Assembly: GCA_050177605.1 (NCBI GenBank)
Contig: JBFXGX010000003.1
Coordinates: forward strand, 23,039-83,905
DNA from: Candidatus Izemoplasmatales bacterium
Lineage (GTDB): Bacteria > Bacillota_I > Bacilli_A > Izemoplasmatales > Hujiaoplasmataceae
DNA: 60,867 nt
Direction of reading: 5' to 3'
Shown one piece after another: positions 53,921 through 60,867 of the stretch. The notes below the pieces were generated by a model. The model made no database searches, was not told where the DNA came from, and saw only the letters and a program-made list of their open reading frames with translations. A program made the position numbers and the translations under genes. Each line of letters begins with the position of its first letter. Position 1 is the stretch's first letter.

Positions 53921-55155
53921 CGCGTGTTATGAATCAGTGCAGCAACTGTTTGTCCAGAAACCATCGCATCCACGATTCTTTTCTCCTTATTCACAATATC
54001 GCCACCTACATAGACATGCTTGTAGTTGGTTAAGTAATCATGTTCGCCTTTTACGAGACGGATACTTGAATTTTTGAATGCTTCATAACTACTTTTTTGA
54101 CCCGTCGCAAATACTAAATCATCTAGTTCAAAAAATTCATATTCACCTTCAATGGCTTGAACTTTACTTCTAGATGAAAGCGGATCTGTAATTAAACATG
54201 TTTTTTCACATTCAAGGACTTTGACTTCATTATTTCTTTTAAATGACAATGGGCCTAATAGCTCATGAATAATCGCTCCATCGTCCACCGCTTCTTTAAT
54301 TTCTTTCCTTGTCGCAGGGGATTCTGCCAATGTTCTACGGTAGATGATATGGACTTCTTTACCCAGACGTCTTAACGTTCTTGAGATGTCAACACTCACA
54401 TTACCAAGTCCAATAATTCCAACTTTCTGGCCAATGAGACGATTTAATTCTTCTTTTGAATAACGATTTTTATTTAACAAATCAATCGCATAATAGACTG
54501 GAATATCTGCGTCCTTTGTAAACTCAACTTCACTAGGCTCATCAAGTCCAGAAGCAATAAATATAGTGTCATATTCTTTGATTAAGTCATCTAATAAAAC
54601 ATCTTTACCAACTAATGTATTATAGGATACTGTAATGCCTAGTTTGTCAAATCTTGATTGAAAATTGTCTAACCGAAAATGTTCATAACGGAATGTAGGA
54701 ACATGGGTGTTTATCGCTCCACCAAGAGTGGATTCTTTTTCAATACAATGAACTTGATAGCCATATTCGGCCATTTTTATTGCGTTCGCAATCCCTGCTG
54801 GACCGAGGCCAATTACAAGATGACGATGATTATATTTTTCTTTAGGATAGTATACATCTTCTTTGTATAGCATTGCTAGTTGTTCTTCAACCCATCCGAT
54901 TTTGATTGGTTTTTGAATTTTTGATAATGTACAGTGACCTTCACAAAGTGCTTCATGTGGACATAAAACTCCACATAATTCTCCAAGAGTTGAGGTTTGG
55001 TGCCAAAGTGCTCTTCCTTCTTTTAGCGCACCGACTTTTACCATCGAAAGGATTTCCGGTATATGATTATGTGCAGGACAGGCACTGACACAAGGTTGAT
55101 GTTTACAGTTGATACAACGAGCAGCTTCGTGCATTAAATCTTCTTGAATACTCAT
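53917..55155 (-). CDS. Fe-S flavoprotein oxidoreductase, GltD/PreT/NfnB-like
   Basis: EAARC..C....C...CP, CG.LCP....CE..C, GLGPAG FAD motif, GLGNV..D, YRR, GGD. Confidence 0.85.
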   Translation of the reverse strand: MSIQEDLMHEAARCINCKHQPCVSACPAHNHIPEILSMVKVGALKEGRALWHQTSTLGELCGVLCPHEALCEGHCTLSKIQKPIKIGWVEEQLAMLYKEDVYYPKEKYNHRHLVIGLGPAGIANAIKMAEYGYQVHCIEKESTLGGAINTHVPTFRYEHFRLDNFQSRFDKLGITVSYNTLVGKDVLLDDLIKEYDTIFIASGLDEPSEVEFTKDADIPVYYAIDLLNKNRYSKEELNRLIGQKVGIIGLGNVSVDISRTLRRLGKEVHIIYRRTLAESPATRKEIKEAVDDGAIIHELLGPLSFKRNNEVKVLECEKTCLITDPLSSRSKVQAIEGEYEFFELDDLVFATGQKSSYEAFKNSSIRLVKGEHDYLTNYKHVYVGGDIVNKEKRIVDAMVSGQTVAALIHNTR

Positions 55156-55249
55156 GGTGAACTCCTTAGATACAAAATTGTATCTATTATAACATTTAAC
55201 TAAATTATCTCAATTAGTTTCTACAAAAATACCACATTAAAAACGTTTT

Positions 55250-55969
55250 CTAACGTAAGGTGTCAAAAAAGTGAAACATTGCCTTAACCATTTCCTCAGG
55301 AACTGTATGTCCACATTCAAAGGATTCAAAGTGTACTTGTGGATGATTCATATCGATAAGTTGATCTATAAACGGTTGAACGTATTTAATTTCTACGACT
55401 GTATCCAGGGCGCCATTAAACACGCCGATATTCACATTCATATAAGGCGTTAAATCAATGATTTCAAGTTCTTCAATCTCTTTTGATACGAGTGCTATCT
55501 TTTCCTGAAGAAAAGCACCTTTCGTCTTTTCATAATGATTTTTCATATCCGGTGAACCAATAAATGGAAGAATCGTATTCACCTCTGGATTGTATTTCGG
55601 CATTTGAAATGCAATATGTCCACCCATTGATGTACCTGTGACAATAAGTTTTGGACTCACTTGTTTATAATAGTGATTGTATAAGTGAATAATATCCTTG
55701 ATTGTATGAATGACGACTTCCGGCATTGCTAAAGTATAGCGTAATCCATCATTACTAAAATAAGGTTCTTCTTTTCTTTCGCCGTGTTTATAGGCATCAA
55801 TCGAGATGACAAAATATCCTCGTTCGACAAATCCACGCGGTAAAGATTCCAGACCATAGAGTTCTTTGTTTCCAGTATGCCCATGTACTAAAAAAACAAC
55901 GCCTGCGTACGTAGTTTTAGTGACGTCAAAATATTCTATTAATGGAATACCATCGATTATTTTCTTCAT
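55250..55969 (-). CDS. Alpha/beta hydrolase (esterase-like)
   Basis: HG, DA..HGER, GTSMGG, G..D, GH. Confidence 0.82.
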   Translation of the reverse strand: MKKIIDGIPLIEYFDVTKTTYAGVVFLVHGHTGNKELYGLESLPRGFVERGYFVISIDAYKHGERKEEPYFSNDGLRYTLAMPEVVIHTIKDIIHLYNHYYKQVSPKLIVTGTSMGGHIAFQMPKYNPEVNTILPFIGSPDMKNHYEKTKGAFLQEKIALVSKEIEELEIIDLTPYMNVNIGVFNGALDTVVEIKYVQPFIDQLIDMNHPQVHFESFECGHTVPEEMVKAMFHFFDTLR

Positions 55970-56040
55970 TAGTTCATCCTCCTTTATAAGTATACCTTAA
56001 ACGAATAAAAAAAACATCATCTTTTGGATGATGTCTTTAT

Positions 56041-58368
56041 TTAGATTAAGGCTATTTTTAAAACTTCATCAATCGTTTCAGCAAAATGAATTGTAAGTTG
56101 ATCTCTCACTTCTTTTGGAATATCATCAACATCTTTTTCATTTCCTTTTGGAATCACAATTGTCCTCAGTCCACTTCGCTGAGCAGCAATTGACTTTTCT
56201 TTAAGTCCACCGATTGGCAGAACTCTTCCTTTTAAAGTGATTTCACCTGTCATGCCGACAAAGCGATTGACTTTTCTTCCTGATAAGACACTCACGAGTG
56301 CTGTGGTAATCGTAACCCCTGCAGAAGGACCATCTTTTGGTATCGCTCCTTCAGGAACGTGAATATGAATATCCGCTTTTTCAAAGACTTCATGATTAAT
56401 TCCAAGTTCTTCAGCGTTACTTCTAACATAGGATAAGGCAGCCATGGCACTTTCCTTCATCACATTACCTAAATTTCCTGTGAGGACGAGTTGATTTTTA
56501 CCTTCATAATATGTTGCTTCAACATCTAATGTGTCTCCACCAGCCATTGTAAAAGCAAGACCAGTAACAACCCCAACCATATCTTCTTTTTGAATTTGGT
56601 TATTGTGGAAAATTGGTTTTCCAAGATAATTCACTAAGTCTTGAGGTGTAACTTCTACTTTTTCAAGTTTATTTACAAGGATTTCTTTAATGGCTTTTCT
56701 TGTAATTGAACCGATAAGACGTTCTAACTGTCTAACCCCTGCTTCTCTTGTATAATCTTTAATCATCGCTTTTATTGCGTCATCAGTAATCACTAATTTA
56801 TCTTGATCTAGTCCATGAGAAGTCACTTGTTTTGTAATCAAGAATTTTTTAGCAATATAGAATTTTTCAATTTCAGTATAAGAAGATAATTCAATAATCT
56901 CCATACGATCACGAAGTGGCGCAGGAATGTTTTCTAGGTAGTTCGCTGTCGCAATAAACATTACTTTTGATAAATCATAGTCTTCTTCCACATAGTGGTC
57001 ACTAAAGAATTGATTTTGTTCAGGATCAAGAACTTCTAGAAGTGATGCGGATGGATCATTCCTTTCGTTCATGACAAGTTTATCGATTTCATCGATGAGG
57101 AAGACTGGATTGGATACTTTCGCTTTAATCATCCCATTGATGATTCGTCCTGGAAGAGCCCCAATATACGTACGACGATGTCCTCTAATTTCAGCTTCAT
57201 CATGAACCCCACCTAAACTTGTTTTCACAAATTCACGGTTAAGTGCATTCGCTATGGATTTGGCTAAAGACGTTTTACCAACTCCTGGAGGACCCGATAA
57301 ACATAGAATCGTTTGCGGATTCTTACCAGTAAGCATCTTCACTGACAAATACTCGATAATTCTTTCTTTAACCTTTTCTAGACCATAATGTGCTGATTCT
57401 AGTTTATCAATGGCTACATTGATATCTTTTTCGTCATCTGTTTGTTTTTGCCATGGAATCGAAATCAATGTTTCTAGGTAAGTGCGAACTACATTCGATT
57501 CAGCACTATTTGCAGATAGATATTCATATCTTTTTAATTCTTTTAAAGCTTTATTCTTGATATGTTCTGGCATATCAGAAGCTTCAATTTGTTCGAGTAG
57601 TTTTTGAGCATCATCTTGTTTACTATCTCCAAGTTCTTCTTGAATTGCGCGCATTTTTTCACGAAGATAATATTCCTTTTGATTTTGATCAGCCGATTTA
57701 CGAACTGATTCATTGATTTTTGTTTCAATTGTTTGAAGATTCTTTTCTTTTTCAATATCTTCGAGAATCATTTGTAGACGGGTATTAATTGAAATAGTTT
57801 TCAAATATTTGATTCGTTCAAGTTCATTCACTTTTAACTCTGATGCAATTAAATCACATAGTTTATCACTGGTGATTCCTTGTTGCATTGAATCTAGAAT
57901 CTTTTTAGAATCTTTAAATAAATAACTTGCATTTTCAATGGCTTCTTTAGAAACCATTTTTAAAAGAACTTGTTCTTCATCGAGATTTTCTGGTAATAAA
58001 ATCATCGATGTAAAGTTGACAAGATAGAACGGATCTTTAGTAATTAAATCATTTAAATGAACTCTCATAAGTGGCTCAAATTTGATTTTATAATTACCAT
58101 TTGGAAGTTTAATTTTTACACTAATTCTCGCTAGTAATCCAACTTCTACAAAATCATCAAATTCAGGTTCAATAATTTCAGGATTATGTTGAAAAACAAG
58201 CAAAACATGACCATCACGGTTATTCTCTGCTTCATAGATTGCATTTTTTGAAAAGTCTCTTCCTACTTCGACTCTTACATCAGCTCCAGGTAAGAAGATT
58301 ACGCCTCTTACAGGAACGACTGGTAAAGAATCAGAAAATACTTTATTTACATCATACATTTTCTTCAC
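56041..58368 (-). CDS. lon: Lon protease
   Basis: GPPGVGKTS, RGHRRTY, DEIDK, PKDGPSAG, GGLKEK. Confidence 0.97.
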   Translation of the reverse strand: MKKMYDVNKVFSDSLPVVPVRGVIFLPGADVRVEVGRDFSKNAIYEAENNRDGHVLLVFQHNPEIIEPEFDDFVEVGLLARISVKIKLPNGNYKIKFEPLMRVHLNDLITKDPFYLVNFTSMILLPENLDEEQVLLKMVSKEAIENASYLFKDSKKILDSMQQGITSDKLCDLIASELKVNELERIKYLKTISINTRLQMILEDIEKEKNLQTIETKINESVRKSADQNQKEYYLREKMRAIQEELGDSKQDDAQKLLEQIEASDMPEHIKNKALKELKRYEYLSANSAESNVVRTYLETLISIPWQKQTDDEKDINVAIDKLESAHYGLEKVKERIIEYLSVKMLTGKNPQTILCLSGPPGVGKTSLAKSIANALNREFVKTSLGGVHDEAEIRGHRRTYIGALPGRIINGMIKAKVSNPVFLIDEIDKLVMNERNDPSASLLEVLDPEQNQFFSDHYVEEDYDLSKVMFIATANYLENIPAPLRDRMEIIELSSYTEIEKFYIAKKFLITKQVTSHGLDQDKLVITDDAIKAMIKDYTREAGVRQLERLIGSITRKAIKEILVNKLEKVEVTPQDLVNYLGKPIFHNNQIQKEDMVGVVTGLAFTMAGGDTLDVEATYYEGKNQLVLTGNLGNVMKESAMAALSYVRSNAEELGINHEVFEKADIHIHVPEGAIPKDGPSAGVTITTALVSVLSGRKVNRFVGMTGEITLKGRVLPIGGLKEKSIAAQRSGLRTIVIPKGNEKDVDDIPKEVRDQLTIHFAETIDEVLKIALI

Positions 58369-58514
58369 CTCTATTTAAAACGCGATATGCGCTTTGTTAC
58401 TATTTTGATTTAACCATATTTTAACATAGTTAATCTGTTTTTCAAAAGTAAATGATTTTTTGTTTAATAAAAAGAAAAAATCCTCCTCAAAGAAGAAAAG
58501 GATTTTTGAATTAA

Positions 58515-59807
58515 TTAAAGAACTTTAGCGGATTCTACTAATAAGTCAATCGCTTTTTTATAAAGAATTTCATCTTTAACCGCTGGCACAGGAATCGCTG
58601 CTTTTGCTTGTTCAAGCGTTACATTTTGACTCTTGTATTGTTCAACGATTTCAGCATATTTCGCATCAATTTCAGCATCACTGATTTCGAAAGCTTCAAC
58701 TTCACCAATTTTTTGGATCACGAGTTGTTGACGAAGGTTCTTTGTTGCTTCAGCATTCAATTCTTCATCATAGCTTTCTCTTGTTTTACCTACATATTGT
58801 AAGTAAGTATCAAAATCTAAACCATATTGTTTAATTTGGTTTTCTGCATTTTCATGCATTCTTTTTGTTTCTTCTTCAACCATTTCAATTGGTAAGTCAA
58901 ATGTTGCATTTTCAGTAGCTTTTTCGACAACAGTTTGAAGTACATGATTTTTGTTTTGCGTTTCTTTTTGAGCTAATAAGTTATTCTTTACATGTGCTTT
59001 GTATTCTTCAACAGTCGCTACATTGTCAAGGTTTAAGTCTTTAACGAAATCTTCGCTTAAAACTGGAACTTGACGAACTTTAATTTCATGTAACTTCACT
59101 GCGAATACAGCTTCTTTTCCAGCTAATGTTTTTTCTTGGTAATCTTCTGGGAAAGTCACAACAACATCTTTTTCTTCTTCAGGGTTCATTCCAACCATTT
59201 GAGCTTCAAATCCTGGAATAAATTGTCCGGAACCGATGACTAATTCATAGTTTTCTGCAGTTCCACCTTCAAATTTAACGCCATCAACAGATCCACTGAA
59301 ATCGAATACTGCAGTGTTTCCATCTTCAAGAGCGCCTTCTTCTTTTAAAACCATTTCCGCGTTTTTATCTAATTCACGGTCAATTTCAAAATTGATTTCT
59401 TCATCACTAACAACACTGTCAAGAACAGTTACTTCTAATCCTTTGTAGTCTCCTAAAACAATTTCAGGGCGAACTGCAACAGTGACTTCGTAAGTGAATT
59501 CTTTTCCACGAACAATTTTTTGTACATCAAGATCTATTTTAGGTTGTGCAACAACTTGAATATTATTTTCAGTAACTACTTCATAGTAAGTATCTTGTAA
59601 TGCATGGTTAATTGCTTCGTCATAAAGAGATTCTACACCATAATGAGCTTCATACACATTACGAGGTGCTTTCCCTTTTCTAAATCCTTTAATTTCAACT
59701 TTAGCGTTGACTTCTTCAAAAGCGTGGTCTAATGCATGTTCAAATAATTCAGGAGATACCGTCACTTCAAAATGAACACGTGAACCACTAAGTTTGTCAA
59801 TAATCAT
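58515..59807 (-). CDS. tig: Trigger factor
   Basis: GFRKGKAP, FKBP domain FIPGFE, TFPEDY; start 59807 with GGAGG RBS. Confidence 0.96.
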   Translation of the reverse strand: MIIDKLSGSRVHFEVTVSPELFEHALDHAFEEVNAKVEIKGFRKGKAPRNVYEAHYGVESLYDEAINHALQDTYYEVVTENNIQVVAQPKIDLDVQKIVRGKEFTYEVTVAVRPEIVLGDYKGLEVTVLDSVVSDEEINFEIDRELDKNAEMVLKEEGALEDGNTAVFDFSGSVDGVKFEGGTAENYELVIGSGQFIPGFEAQMVGMNPEEEKDVVVTFPEDYQEKTLAGKEAVFAVKLHEIKVRQVPVLSEDFVKDLNLDNVATVEEYKAHVKNNLLAQKETQNKNHVLQTVVEKATENATFDLPIEMVEEETKRMHENAENQIKQYGLDFDTYLQYVGKTRESYDEELNAEATKNLRQQLVIQKIGEVEAFEISDAEIDAKYAEIVEQYKSQNVTLEQAKAAIPVPAVKDEILYKKAIDLLVESAKVL

Positions 59808-59881
59808 AATTTCCTCCATGTTTCTTAATCACTTTCACTATTATAGCAAAGCTAATGCTTAAATGCAATCTTTTTGAATGG

Positions 59882-60796
59882 TTAAAAGACTTTTTCAAAC
59901 AAAGTCTTAAAACGACTTGGTAGTTTCTTTACTGACTCCGCTAATACACTTGGTAAAAGCGTTAAAGCTTCGGCAAATGCCATTTTACGAATATCATTTT
60001 TTGTTAGTCCTTTGAGGTTCATAAATAAGTAGTTTCTGCAGATAATTCCAACACGAAGTGATAAAAGGGCGTTCCCAATACCTTGTGCAAAAGACCCGGT
60101 AATGGTTTTTAGAAACGGAATCTCCGATAATAGATTCACAGACTTTGTTGGAAATAAAGCATTTATATCAACATTTTCCATGCTTTCTGCGATGACTGCT
60201 GAAGTCATAACATTGAAAGACAGTCGACCTAATGCCGGATAACTTGGTCGAAAACCACATTTCACAACCAACTCTTTGATCAATTTTAGATTGATAGTTA
60301 CAACGGCTAAGGAATCAAGGCGTCCATTTTGTGATATGGCCGTAGAAAGAAAGACTGTTTCTGCGTGCTTAACGATGATTTTGTTGATTTCTTTTTTTAT
60401 CTTATGATCGAACACAAGCGATAAGGATTGTTTTAATTGTACTGCATCCGACATTGTCGTTTCGATCGAGTTTTTTTCTTCATCGGTAAGGTAAGGTTCA
60501 TTCACTATATTTTTCGCTACCTTGCGGTACATCAAATAATTTTTTCTTGCATTTTGTTCTTCATCAAATAAAGAATCCATCGAAAATGTTGGTGAAAAAA
60601 TGACTAAAAATAATGGTCTGACAAATAAGAGAATGAAAAGCAATGCTGCTATCACGTAAAAAGCATAGGCAATATAAGGAGAAATTAAGGTTAATCTTTC
60701 ACCTAGTTGAAGGACACTGCTTAAAACGATTAAAACAAAGAAAAATATGACACCAATCCCAACGGTTACCCAAAAAGCTTTTCCTAATTTTTTCAT
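59882..60796 (-). CDS. YcjF/DUF697-like membrane protein
   Basis: Two TM helices, TAISQ...LD, GFRP, QGIGN.LL..RVG motifs. Confidence 0.7.
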   Translation of the reverse strand: MKKLGKAFWVTVGIGVIFFFVLIVLSSVLQLGERLTLISPYIAYAFYVIAALLFILLFVRPLFLVIFSPTFSMDSLFDEEQNARKNYLMYRKVAKNIVNEPYLTDEEKNSIETTMSDAVQLKQSLSLVFDHKIKKEINKIIVKHAETVFLSTAISQNGRLDSLAVVTINLKLIKELVVKCGFRPSYPALGRLSFNVMTSAVIAESMENVDINALFPTKSVNLLSEIPFLKTITGSFAQGIGNALLSLRVGIICRNYLFMNLKGLTKNDIRKMAFAEALTLLPSVLAESVKKLPSRFKTLFEKVF

Positions 60797-60867
60797 AAAT
60801 ACCCTCCTTCTTTGATAAATGCTCTGCCAATTGTTTCATCTTCGTGCATTTTTTCAATCAGTGCATC
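60793..60867 (-). CDS. C-terminus of an unidentified CDS cut by the window edge
   Basis: Open frame DALIEKMHEDETIGRAFIKEGGYL* whose TGA overlaps the next ATG (ATGA). Confidence 0.6.
   Translation of the reverse strand, partial: DALIEKMHEDETIGRAFIKEGGYL

Noticed and set aside
58369..58514. CIRCE or CtsR heat-shock operator before lon
   Set aside because: No TTAGCACTC-N9-GAGTGCTAA or clear CtsR heptad repeat seen

Overview
Low-GC chromosomal housekeeping region read in genetic code 11 (TGA used as stop). Gene content (LemA, DUF3137-like, DUF2779-like, tig-lon with no clpX between them, trimmed ftsZ-sepF-ileS cluster) suggests a basal Mollicutes-related Bacillota lineage such as Izemoplasmatales or Acholeplasmatales; this is inference. 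Nearly all genes are on the minus strand: folA/thyA, ssb, lemA, glpK, a MaoC-bcd-etfB-etfA operon, radC-folC-valS, engB, two M16 peptidases, deoC/deoD/deoB, ileS, yggT-sepF-yggS, surE, two tandem mgtE, ftsZ, tgt/queA (yhhQ is on the plus strand), ruvB, xerD, hemW, lepA, pnp, rpsO, lon and tig. Non-coding elements read from the sequence are RNase P RNA (type B), Val and Ile T-box leaders, a preQ1-I riboswitch, an S15 leader, and several promoters and terminators. I saw no tRNA, rRNA, CRISPR array or mobile element. The best candidate for an undescribed system is a self-contained plus-strand operon of two giant helical proteins (1151 and 978 aa) with 11-residue periodicity, located where ruvA usually sits. 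Other leads are unexplained operator-like motifs (shared by ssb and radC; paired before maoC-bcd-etf; shared by thyA and a GltD/PreT-like gene), a NUDIX gene under Val T-box control, and a possible attenuator before the mgtE pair.
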